NCBI GenBank assembly: GCA_038496445.1
Contig: JALMLS010000138.1
Span: forward strand, 1 to 64,000
DNA from: Trichosphaerium sp. ATCC 40318
Taxonomy: Eukaryota > Protista > Tubulinea
Direction of reading: 5' to 3'
DNA: 64,000 bases
Part shown: in pieces, positions 26,099-38,176 of the stretch
How the letters are laid out: the number at the start of each line of letters is the position of its first letter
Position numbering within the stretch: the stretch's first letter is position 1
Notes under the pieces: generated by a model
The model's input: only the letters and a program-made list of their open reading frames with translations
Told to the model about the DNA's origin: nothing
Database searches by the model: none
Made by a program: the position numbers and the translations under genes

Positions 26099-27055
26099 AT
26101 GAACTACTTTCTAGTACTACTCGTTGCTGTCATTGCCGTCGCAAGCGCCTCAAGCTACTACGATGAGGACCACGCTACTATTACCTTCCCACCAGAGCGC
26201 CCACCACTCGGTCTATTCTCTTGTAACGAAACTGTTGTCTCCGGTTGCGGTATCTCCACCAGCTGTGAAAGCTTCATGGATGCCTGTAACGACGCTCAAA
26301 GACACGCTTTGGTCCAAACTGTAGAGTACGAACACGTTTCACGTTACCTAAAGCGTCTATCTTTTCGCTCTTTGGCTTTTTTTTTTTTATGTATCTTTTT
26401 TGTTGTTTATTAACACTTTTAAAACATAGACAATGCGCTCACTTGAAAGCTAAAGGCGGTCGTCTCTGTCTCCCAGACTCTGGTGAATTTGATGAGACTG
26501 GCAACACCCCTCCACTCTGTAACAAAGTCGGACAAACCAAAGAACGTACGTGGTAAAAGAATACCGTAAAGATAAACGTAATTATTAAGCAAAACAAAAA
26601 CCCAATCTTTTTTTTGTAAAGCGGCGAGATATTTGTGTTCCGACACAAAAATCAATTCACAAATCTATCCTTCCTTCTATAGACTAAATAACTATATTTC
26701 AATACACGTGTATTATCACGTGATGAGGAAGAGCCAAGATTTTTTGAAAACAATTTTTTTTTTTTTTCAATCTCCGCTTACTCTTACTGATTCTCTTTTT
26801 TTTAGACGTATACTACTGCACTGACATGTACGAAGCTCGATTATAAGTTTTTCATGAAACCTGAACTCCAGATTTTTTTTGTTTTTGGCGCAGCGAATCT
26901 TTTTCTTTTTTTTTATTGTCCGACTTAAGTTTTTTATCACGTTTTTCTCTCCTTGTCACTTACTGGATTCGTAATATAGGAGAGCATACCAATGTACTGC
27001 TGCTTGCCAATCTCATTGCTACGAACTCGATGCCACTATGGTTTTCCAAAACTAA
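26099..27055 (+). CDS. Small secreted cysteine-rich protein of unknown function
   Basis: Signal peptide MNYFLVLLVAVIAVASA; Cys-rich exons joined by GT-AG introns; last exon AYQCTAACQSHCYELDATMVFQN*. Confidence 0.65.
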
Positions 27056-27299
27056 GCAACTCATGAAGCATTAACTTGTTTGTTCGAATCAAAAAAAAGA
27101 AACAAAACCCTTAAGCTTTTTCAGGTGTTTCATTCAATAAACGAGCGCATTATACACTTTAATTATTGTTGTACTTGTTGTTTTACAAAGATACCGTCCA
27201 ATCAGCACGAGTTTGAAGCGTTACAGCGGCGATAAGTAGCTTGAGGTTAAGTGACGTCACTAAGTGTTGGTTTGTGCTTTGTGATGGCTGGTTCGTGAA

Positions 27300-30200
27300 A
27301 TGGAGGGTAAAAAGAAGCTGTACCTTGTTAGCAATCCCACTCCTGCACCTCTTGATCCAGTTGTATCAAATAGAAAAGAAACAATTGTTATAGATGCTGG
27401 TTCTTACAATATACGCGCTGGGTTTGCTCAGGAGAATGCAGAAAGTCCCGCGCGTATGAAAAATGTAATTTGTATTTAAACTAACACGTTGTAGTTGCGT
27501 ATCCGCCTCTAGTGGCTTCTATGCGTAAACAAGGTATGTTAGAATGCCTCTATTCGTATTATTCCTTGCCTTTGCTCAAAAGCTCTCTAAACAACATAAT
27601 ACGGTGTAATTCATCACCGTAACGCTCAACAACTATTGGAGAGTTGCTTTGACGCTGTTAATAACAAAATGCTTTGAACCAGCGTCTTCCCTTCAACCTT
27701 ATACTTACAACACCGAACTAGGCAAAAAGATTGCGATAGTAGGTAATGACATTCCTCACTTGGCACCTCATTCAAAATTACTTGCACGATCTCCTTTCGA
27801 TAACGACGTGGTACGCTAAAATCTAAGTCCATTGGGAGCCGCTGATTTTTGTTTGTCCAAATCGCTTTTTGTTCATTTTGCATTTTTGATGACTTTGTGT
27901 CAAGGCGTACAGCGTTGACAGGCTTGAAGATGTGTTGGACCACACGTTTAGCCATTTATCGGTACAAGGAGAATTTGTAGACCACAACATCGTATACACA
28001 GAGCCACCTTGTGTTCCAGAATTCTCACGAAGACGTAAAAACTCAAAACTTTTGGTTACAAAACTTATATTGACTATCATTTCTAGGTGTTGAAGAGATC
28101 TTCTTTGAGTGTTATGGTGTCCCAAAGGTACAGCTTAGTATTTATGAAGACGATTTGGTTAAGTTAATCATAACCTCGTAGGTTTGCTGTGGTGTTGCGC
28201 AACTGTTTGCGTATAACAAGATGCGTTCTTTAAGTGATCCTCAAACACGAGATAATGCTTTATTGGTATCGTCAGGACATCACTCTACTAATATAATGCC
28301 GATTATGTACGCGTAAACCTTACAATTTCTAAGATAGGTTTTTACCCTCTACGCGTCCTTATTTTTTTTACTCAGAAATGGATCCTGGGATGCTGCTAGT
28401 AGTATTCGGATAGACGTAGGAGGACATCATGCTACTTCTTTTACAAATAATATTTTACGTCTCAAACGGCCTGATCTTCGCCCTGTGTTAACTTCACAGA
28501 CAGCTGAAGATATTAAAGTGACACATGGGTTAGTTGCACTCGATTATGATCAGGTCTTGGCAGACTTTGCAACACTTCGTGTTAACCACACAAAACCTGA
28601 ATCGGCGTTAGAAATGGTTAGAACAATTAAATTCCAGGGCGTTAAGACAGAAAGCAAAAAAACGTACGTCAAGTCCCTCTACAAAACGATTACAGTCACT
28701 TTTTGGTGTTACTGCATTGCCAAACTACAAAAACATTCTTTGTCTGAATCTTGCTATTAGTGTGACCAGTACAAAGCCAGTGAGGACGGCACAAGAAACA
28801 CTAGAACTAAAGCAACGTCAAGCAGCACGTATGCGTGAGATGGGTCGTAAGAGACGCGAAAAAATGCTTACAGAAAAAAAAGAAGAGCAGGAGTATTTGG
28901 AACACATGATGCAGTCTATTGAAGCTGCTAATGGTGATAAGGAGAAAATAGACGCTATTATCAAAGAAAGTGGTCTTGCCTCTGAAAAAGCGATAAAGAC
29001 TGAGCTAAGTAAGGCCAAAGCTTATATTAAGCGAGCCGAAAATCCAGTCAAAAAAAAACCGACACCAAAAAAACCTAAAAAGCCAGCGAACTTGAAGTAT
29101 TATACTGAAGAACAACAAAAGATGTTGGAGGAACTTAAAAAAGGAGTAGAAGATAAGACAACATGGCTAAAGACATTGTACAAAAAACGTGAAAATCTCT
29201 ATGTAGAGCTTCAAAAAAAGCGTAAAAGAGATCTTCATGAGACGCGTGGAAGACGTTCTTTACGTGCACAGAAAAGATTGGTACGCTGAGTATCATGGTC
29301 ATGACTGAAATGAGATTTTGAATTTTTCTTTATTTATTCTTGTTTAAAGTTTTCAGCCTTTTTTGGGTTACCGCAAGATTCCACTTGCTAAATGTCAATC
29401 TAGAAAGCGCTCACAGCGGCTGAGAAAGAGCAAGACGAAGATAATTTTGGAAAATCAGATGACCACTGGGACATTTATTTGGATATAGACAAAGCGCAAG
29501 GTAAAAGACATTTTTTCCAGCCTATTGTGACTTTTCTTGTGTTATAATTATTACATCCTCAACAATATTTAATTCTAGTGCTGATTTTTTTTTCATAGGC
29601 GCTAGTAAGGTCCATGAGGAAAAAGTAGAGCTTGGTCTTGTTGAAGAGCTATTAGCAAAACATGATAAAAATTTTGGCAATCATGACGCTGAAGCAAACT
29701 CTCAGGTATCTATCTAACGCAATCTACGCTTAGTTTAATCTAAATGTATATATAGATGATAATCGGTGTAGAGCGTTTTCGCGTTGGTGAGCTTATATTC
29801 CAGCCTCATATTGTACGGTCAACATAGTTTTTGGTTTTTTTTAACTTAACGCTTGTTTCTTTTTTTTCTTTGATGTTCTGACTAATATGACTAGGTTGGA
29901 AATATGCAAATGGGTGTTATAGAAGCTATAACACATATATTAAATCGTTACACACAAGAACAGCAGCTATCGCTCTTAAACGTACGACAAACACCAGTTT
30001 TGTGAGATTATTCTGAGAATACTTATTTTCTTTAGAATGTCGTATTAACTGGTGGTAACATGTCCTTTACTGGTATGAAGGAGAGAATTTCTAGAGAACT
30101 TACTATGCTTTCTCCTGTTGGTCATACACCAGTTGTAAGAAAGTTTGAAGACTTCACTCTGGATGCGTATAAGTGCGTATTGTTTTTTGGATTTTTTACT

Positions 30201-30375
30201 AAGTTGTCAATTTCTGTTTTCTGACTTTACAATGTTTAGAGGTGCTTGTCATTATTCGAATTCTATAGATTGGGATAAAATAAGTATTAGTAAAGAGAAG
30301 TATTTAGAGCTTGGGCCTGATCACGAAAAGGTGTTACAAGGACCAAACCATTTTGCTTCAAATCGATTTGTGTAA
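27300..30375 (+). CDS. ACTR5: Actin-related protein 5 (INO80 complex)
   Basis: IVIDAGSYNIRAGFA, IVYTEPPC, EIFFECYGVPKV, RIDVGGHH, charged insertion (LELKQRQAARMREM), IGVERFRVGELIFQP, NVVLTGGN, C-terminal HFASNRFV*. Confidence 0.9.
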
Positions 30376-31522
30376 AAAGAGAAAATAAAAAAAAGAAAAA
30401 AAAAGGAATATCCATAACTAGAGGTTTGTGGAGCACAACTTTTATTACTTTTTGTGGTACACAGTTCTGGAAAACCGTTGCTATTACGTGCACTTATAGA
30501 AAACTTCTTGCACAATTGTATGGCGTTTATATACAGAAAGTTGATAGACTACTTGTGTGATGGTGAAAGTGGTTGCATTTGTGATTGCTGTTGAGCTTTT
30601 TTGATTGAAATTAGTTCCTAGTTTTGAATGATAGCCTCTTGTAGTCTTTTCTTGGTAGTTTTTATCTCTTGACATACTTCTCTGTGTTCTATGCGTGAAA
30701 CTCTGATTTCTTTCAACAGCTTGTTTATTTCTGCACAGTACGCTTGTATGAGGTGCAAGCGAGGTGTAGATACACCTTGAAGGCAATCTTCATCGTTTAG
30801 TTTATCTTTGGGTAGAACTGTTGTTGGCATTTTGATGAGTTTAGTTGATGGACTTTTCTGGCTGAAAACTAATAATTTTTATCAAATATTGTACACAGAT
30901 GACAAACGCATAAGCACGCAATGTGATGCTATTAAAGTAGCAAGTCTTGGCGAACCTTGAACACTGGAACCAGCCAAAATCGCCATCATCAGCGAAGTGC
31001 ATTTTTCGAGTCATGTCTGTATATTCCATAGAATTCCAGGCGTTTGAGGAACTTTGCTGACCAACCAAATTTAAGGATTATCATAGCATGACAAGCACAG
31101 AAACATTGATGGCAAGCAACGATCACCCCCTTCCCCGCCCAATCAAAGGCGAAACTTTTTGATCCTAAAACTGAATTTATTTGAAAAACAAATTTGAGGA
31201 TCCTTTTTCCTGCATAAATACCACTTGTAAATGTATGTTCAAGAGATAAACACTTACTCGTGTGTTGCGTTAGAGCCACCGAGACGTTAGTCTTCCTCCA
31301 AACCAGTCCTGTTCTCTCTGTTGTTCACACAAAAGCCTTTTCATCTAATGTAGGTTCTACGCGTAGTATGCATGCTTTTTGAAGCTTGGTGGTTTTCACA
31401 ATTCATTCCATAACACACTAGTCTGTTTGTGAATTGCTTCCCTGACTGTTTTCCAGGGTGGGATTTTTCCAGCCAAAACAGTTTTTCGCATCAACTAACT
31501 TCTCAACCTCTTGACGCTCCAA

Positions 31523-32476
31523 ATGAAAGTCCTACTTCTCGCTCTTTTTGTCTGTGTTGTATCCGCTCACGTATGTCTGTTGTCCCCACACCAAAGAGGC
31601 ACCATGGAAAATCTTAACGCACCAGGTACTTGTTTTTACGTGCTGTATACAGCGAAACCTCATTTCCACATTAACAAAGAGCAACATTCGATTTTCTTTG
31701 GAAAAGTTTTCCGTCGTTTATTTCAACCTTTCTACGCTCGTTTAGTGCTTGTAATCACTGTTAATTCTTTTCGGCGTAATAAAAGGCCGAAAGAGCGACT
31801 TTTTGGGCAAAACAAAACCGAAAAATTAGAAAACAGTTAAAACCTTTTCTGATGTCTTTTAGCATCCAAGGACTGCGTATTACTCGCCGGACCATGTGGT
31901 GGAAGAGCCGCAGCCAACCCAACAGTAGCCTTTGCCGCTGGAAAGAACGCTAGCATTGTTTTTCAAAAGGTACTTACACCCTTAGCATTAAAAACAGCGG
32001 AATCTCCTTCCAAAGTCTTTATTCTGATGCTTTATCGTTTAGAACTTGAACCACTGGACCGCTGGATCCCCTGGTATGTTCGAGATTACCTACAACGTGC
32101 GTTTCTACCTTGTGACAAAATAACGAATTCGTCTTTTTTGTCTAATTTTTTTTTCTGTTTAGGTTGCTGGAGACAAAGACGTTACTGTCCTCAAGGTTCG
32201 TTAATTAACACTTTAGTAACCTCCTAGTATTAATTGATACTTCTTAGACTATTCCTGATACCAACAGTCCTTCTCTTACACTCTACGTTGAAGAAGTTGT
32301 GATTCCAAAGTAAGTTTGTTTGGGTTTTTTTTATACTTTTGTTTTTGAAGTTAATTCTCTCTTGTAGCCGCATTTCTACACACTCTGTAATTGGCGTACA
32401 ATACATTACAAAAAACCCAAACGCTCCAGCAGTTTTCTATCAGTGTGCTGATGTAAGAGTAGAGGAGCACCCTTAG
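31523..32476 (+). CDS. Secreted histidine-brace copper protein (LPMO-like fold, X325/AA-type)
   Basis: Signal peptide ending VSA followed by His1 (HVCLLSPHQRG), C-x6-PCG motif, second His in FQKNLNHW, C-terminal FYQCADV; ~150 aa after splicing; TAG 32474-32476. Confidence 0.78.
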
Positions 32477-32740
32477 AAATCTTCCCTTCAAACTACAGAA
32501 GAAAAATAAAACACAATTTCAAAAACGCCGTTTCGTCACCACTACGTCACGTTTTTTTTATTTATTGATTTATTTCCTTTACTGTATCAGATTATTTTCG
32601 TTGCATGTGATCAAGTCACAGATATAGGTGAATGCCACATGTTGATGATGTGTTTTTGTGCGTTGTAGAACAACACTTAAAATTTTTGACGTTAAGTTCA
32701 GACTCAAAACTTTACAAATTCAATCTCGTTACAACCACAA

Positions 32741-33511
32741 ATGAAGCTTCTTTTATTAGTTTGCGCTTTTGCACTCTTCGCAGGTAACAGTGGTATTTAA
32801 CAAATCAATTTAACGTTTTTTAAAACAGCTTACAACGCAAATCCTTGCGCCGCCCTTACATGCCTTTGGGACTCTCACTGTATTATCAGAGACGATGATC
32901 CAGCTAACTGCGAGTGCCCAGTAGCCTGCCAAAAGAATCTAGCACCAGTTTGCGGTACGCACTCTTCTGTACAAGATACACGGAGTTTAGAAAAAAAACG
33001 CCCTTCTGAATCTCGTGTTTTTTACGTTTCTTATCACGTGACCACGTGTACAATTTTTTTAACTTAAAACCTTGAATCTTTTTTTATTCTTCCTAAATGG
33101 TTTTATTTATAGGTACCGATGGACTTACATACGGTAACGAATGTATGTTGAGACTCGAAAATTGCCGCAACAGAAGAAAGGTTGCCATCGCGAAAAAAGG
33201 TAGCTGTGGAGCTAAGGTCCAAGAATCCTGTGCCACTGTTGAGTGCCCTGAGTTTACTACATGTGCTATGGCTCGTGATGGACACGCTAAATGCGAATGC
33301 AATACTCAATGTATCGAAGAATGGGATCCTGTTTGTGGTACGGTTTTGTTTGAATTCTGTTTATTTTGTATTCAATCAATAGTTCTTGTCTAACTCTTGT
33401 TTTTTTTTAGGTTCTGATCAATCCACTTACCCTAATGCTTGTACACTCCAATCAACATCTTGCATGGAACGTAGAGCAATTGTTGTTGCTTCTAAGGGAA
33501 TGTGTTCATAA
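32741..33511 (+). CDS. Secreted protein with two follistatin-like (FOLN + Kazal) modules
   Basis: Signal peptide; CECPVACQKNLAPVCGTDGLTYGNEC..KGSC and CECNTQCIEEWDPVCGSDQSTYPNAC..KGMC, each preceded by a Cys-rich FOLN-like segment. Confidence 0.88.
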
Positions 33512-33745
33512 TCAAAAAAAAAGTGATCAATAAACATTATTGTTTGTAGAAAAATCCAAACTACAGCTGTTTGTTTATTTATGAATTTTAGTCATAACTG
33601 CACGTGTTGTCATACTCTCCGTTGATTGACTTATCAACTCTAATTAATAAAAGGCTGCCATGTTGGCTAAAGGCTGCGGAGAAGCATGCGCTATAAGTCA
33701 CCTTTCGGTCGTTCACTAAAGCAAACACCAAGCTGCTTTTCTAAA

Positions 33746-35706
33746 ATGAATGTTGAAAGCTTAAAAGTTGTACAATTGCGTAAAGAACTTCGCAAACGCA
33801 GTTTAGACACGAAGGTAATACCGTAAACTAGTAAATAATGCGTTTTAATAGCTTAACGTGCAAAAGGGAAGAAAAACTGTTTTAATAGCACGACTGAAGC
33901 AGTTCATTGATGCTAAAGCGTGTAAAAGCGAAGAAAGCCGGCCTGAACCAAAAAAAGCGAAAAAGGACTTGAACTCTAAAACAGTGCGTTTTATGGTTAC
34001 TGAACGATCTCAGCCAGTTTTAAGGAAGCAACTCAATTTTCTCCATCTCAAATACCCCCATCGCTCAACCCTGACGTCCTCTTGCGTATATTCTCCCATT
34101 TAAACTCTGCAGAGATTATTGTGGCTTCATCTGTGCGCAACTCCTGGTACGCTTACATTTGTACCGTCGCTATTCACTGAACCTTGACAGGTCAATGGTG
34201 GCCAAATCAGACTATGTGTGGAAGCGGCTTTATGCCAGGGACTTTGAACTACCTTTTGTAGCGTTGAATGAAAAAGATATAAGTAGATCAAGGGATCCTG
34301 ATACTTGGTTAAAGCAATACAAATTGGCTTATCGACGGATTCCAAAGTAGGTTGTTTTTTCTTGTTTTTTTCATAATTGCGCTTTCTCCTTCGAAATAAA
34401 GGAACATAATCTTTCATTTTACAAGTAAAAGTTGTTATTTGTACGTTACAGTATTGATAAATTGTCAAGGTTGATGGATGCTTCACAAATAAACAAAGAA
34501 ATTTCAGGTATTTTTCTTAATCGCAAGTTTTTTGCTTTTAGTGCTACCTGACTGGCGTAGATTATTATGATTTTAAGCCAGAAACAAGAAGGCGATCATA
34601 TGTAAAAGCAAATCCGGATTATTGTTCTGATAGCTACACTGACGAATCTATTGAAGATGGTGAAGACATATTTGCTGATAAGTATATATTTTTAAAACAT
34701 GGCACAGTATCCAAGATGTTCATTGATGTATGAGTTGTATAATGTATTTTTCAGTTATTTTAATTTTAAATCAATCAATAGGTTCCTACAGGAGTTGTTA
34801 ATGACAAAGTACACGACTTGGGTACTAGGCTTTTTTTTCCTGTTTTTTTTTTTCTTCTTTTGGATACTACTTTTATGTTGCTTACAGACTCTTTGCAGCG
34901 CTGGTATTATCTATTTTAAATGAGAAGAACCTTTCGATAGGATTTGATGATATTGTGCGAATAGGAAGTATAACCGTAGGTATGTGACGCATTCAACAAT
35001 TGTTCTTTGTCATGTTCTTAATTCTGATGTAGGTTCGATTCCTGTTAAACTATCTAGGTTCTGTCATGCTTTCTTACAGGGAGAAACAAGTAAACTCTAC
35101 CCAGAATCAGTATTTCCGAGAGGAGAGATAACTACAGCAACAAAGTCTTTTTGTTCGTGAACATCAAGAGTGTCTTTTTTTTAAGTTATTTGCAGATGAA
35201 AAAGAAAAAGATGAGTTGATGGGCATCTCTCCAAATGTTAAAGGAGAATTCATACCTTTTGTACTCTACAATGAGATCCATTTGAACAGTGGAGTAGATT
35301 TAGATACAGATTTAGATAAAGTAGACAGGAACAGCGGCGATCACGTGCCAGAGTACATCACTTTTTTACAAATTGTAATGTTTTTTTTTTCTTTTGTTTC
35401 TAATGTGTTTACATAGCTTCTCAAGACTTGATTCTTTCATTTCAACTTGGATTACAGATAAAAAGAAAACAGAGAGGATGTGGGTAACTGATTACAATAT
35501 GTGGGCGCCTGGCTTTTTCATGAACGCGAACTTTTATTGGTAAGTTACTTTTGTGCTTTTCCTTCCTTTGCTTGTCACTTCTTTTCTTAATCTTTTTGGG
35601 ATGTCTTAGGTATCATTATGGTGACTTTAAGAGTGTGTATTCTCCAAAACATAACGAAATTGTAGTTGTAAAGATGGATATCAAGCAGTTTATAAATTTC
35701 TGTTAG
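33746..35706 (+). CDS. SAP-domain + F-box protein
   Basis: SAP motif LKVVQLRKELRKRSLDTKGRKTVLIARL; F-box-like LNPDVLLRIFSHLNSAEIIVASSVRNSW..DYVWKRLYARDF; 3' exons less certain. Confidence 0.7.
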
Positions 35707-36717
35707 TTCAATATGTATCATTTGTGAATTCACCCAAATACATTAAAATATGTAATTAACATCAATGGTACAGTTTTTTTTGTTGGGCACCATGACTTTA
35801 CCGTTATCTTTGATTCTCTGAACTGAAAAAAAAACCTCCAAAATAGGTGTAGCTTGTACGTTGTAGTACCTTGATACTAGTTGAATACACTTTATACCCA
35901 ACAATATAAGATCCACTTACAAACTTAGTGATTTACAATGGCTACACGCGTTGAGGTCTGTTTGCTGTACCGATCATCACTTTAAAAAAAACAAAAAAAG
36001 TCACGTGTCGTTTTGGACTGATTCGGGTATTATTTGTTCGCTTTTTATTCAAACCTAAACTGAACAACCATGACACCCAACTCGTTGTACTTCTTGTTAT
36101 CTCATTTGTTATTTACACAGCCGCACAATGCAGAGGTACCCTGTTTGTCATTTTATCAAACCATCTTGTTAACGCCTTGTAGATCTTTCCGAGGGAGGTA
36201 CCGATCAATGTTACTACTGCTGTCATCCGACACTATGCTTTTATTCATTTTGTGTCACTTCACTATCTTTCAAAAAGAGCAAGACTTTATATGTTTATTC
36301 TTCCATCTTCTTTGCTTTTGTAGCTGTCCTACGTTGGTATGTAGAAGCTTAAACGTGATTTACAGAGCCTGATCCCAGGAATAAATTCATTTTTCAACAT
36401 CATTCTCGTAACACATCTCAAAAACGAACAAGTTTAAAGAGAACAAAAAGAGATTACAATTCGACATTTCTTTTTTTTCACATACTGGTTCAACTTAAAT
36501 TCCGTCAATTATTTACAACCGCTGCCGTTATTGTAAAGAAGCTTAAAAGGATGCAACTTACAGTTGCGCCAAAAGCAGTCAAGACATTTCCTTTCAAAGT
36601 GTTTTTCTCGCTTAAGAGCTGAACGGGTATTTTCAAACCACAACGTAGTACTACACGCGTGGAACAACGGAAAAGCCAATATCACACAACGCTTCTAGTA
36701 AAACAGAACAAGCCGAC

Positions 36718-37685
36718 ATGGAGTTTCCTTTGGTAGCCATTAACCAGCTCATGGAAGAAAGCGGCCCATCATACGATAAAGCGTTAGTTTTGCTACAGCC
36801 ATTTTTAATAGAAGGCAATACACTCCATGCAGTTGCCCTTACGCTCAAAGGTGCGTATCGTATAACTTTTAGGATCATATGATAGCTTCATAACGAAATC
36901 AAGAAATTGTGTTTTTTTCTTATTTTCTTCGAATAGGTGACATCCTGTGTAAACAAAACAAGCTTTATGACGCCGAACAAGCATATAAACGTGCTTTTAG
37001 GTTAACAGCCACTCCTCAAAGGCAACATGGAGATGTTGTTAAAGGAGTGTATTCAAAATTCACGAGCCTTATGAGAAGCCGCATAAATAACTGCGAAGAG
37101 GTCGCTCAAGAAATGTCAACGGAAGATCTAATGAAATTAAGCGAAACATGTAATGGTGATGTTAAAGAGCTTATACATAAGCTGTTTGGTATCTCTGATG
37201 AAGTGGTTTGCATGGAATGGGGTTCATGCCAATATACACCGGCTTACGTGACATTTAAGCTGTTTTCTTTGTTTAGACCTTGTTTTAAAACAAAAGAGGA
37301 GCTTCTTGAACACTTTAAGATCAAATTAAGTCTTACGGATCCAGATCGTTCCAAGGCGCCTTTCAAGACACTTGTTCAATACATAACGCAAGGTATAGTT
37401 GATCATTATGGAGGAGAGGCTAATTTGGGTCAATGGGGCCAAGAAAAAGTGGACGAATGGAAGAATAACCAACTTAAAATGGAGGATATGAATCAAGTAT
37501 TTAGGTTTATGAGAAAATGCGCTTGGGATTTATGGACTGCTGCTGTTGTTGTTTTTGATTGTGTTTATGGTGAGCATTCATTGAAAATGTCAGAAAACGT
37601 CAACAAGACTGGTTTCTTTTGCTATTTACTTTTTGAAGACGGGTTCACTCGTCCTTATTCTGCATACCGTAATTTTGATACTTGA
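36718..37685 (+). CDS. Hypothetical protein with N-terminal TPR-like motif
   Basis: Two-exon model; ALTLKGDILCKQNKLYDAEQAYKRAFRL; long open second exon. Confidence 0.65.
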
Positions 37686-38176
37686 ATGAACTTAAGCTAC
37701 AAAATACCACTTCGCGTAGATGTAATTGATAAAAAAGAAATAAAACAACATTTTATAATTAAGTCAAGTTTTCTTCTTCTTGTTTGAAATGTGATCAATC
37801 TGTAAGTGTAAGGTTCTAATTCCTTACTATTTCGAACCCATACCAGCTCTTATACTTTACCTTACCTCTTGTCATTTGTTTGATGAGAGCCATTGACGTA
37901 ATTGAAAAGGTGCTTGTGTTTACTTATTACTGGCTTCATGCCACACAACAATCATGCTCCAAAGCTACCTTTTCATGAAGATTCTGTGACAAAGCCAGCG
38001 TGCCAAGTATGCTACTCTTGATATACTACAAGCTCCACAAGTAGAACCTTAATATTGTTCTAACTCTTTTGATTCCCGTCAAGCCTTGTTTGACATATTA
38101 CAAACTTGGCTGTTTAGAAACTAAAAGGAGTTGCAAATTCATTTTCTTTTGTTTGAGTCTTCAACGGTTTATTATT

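Noticed and set aside
30484-31410. Possible minus-strand gene between ARP5 and the His-brace gene
   Set aside because: Only short ORFs with no recognisable domain, and I could not build a consistent spliced model.
35730-36700. Possible small gene in this interval
   Set aside because: No coherent ORF or splice model; treated as intergenic.
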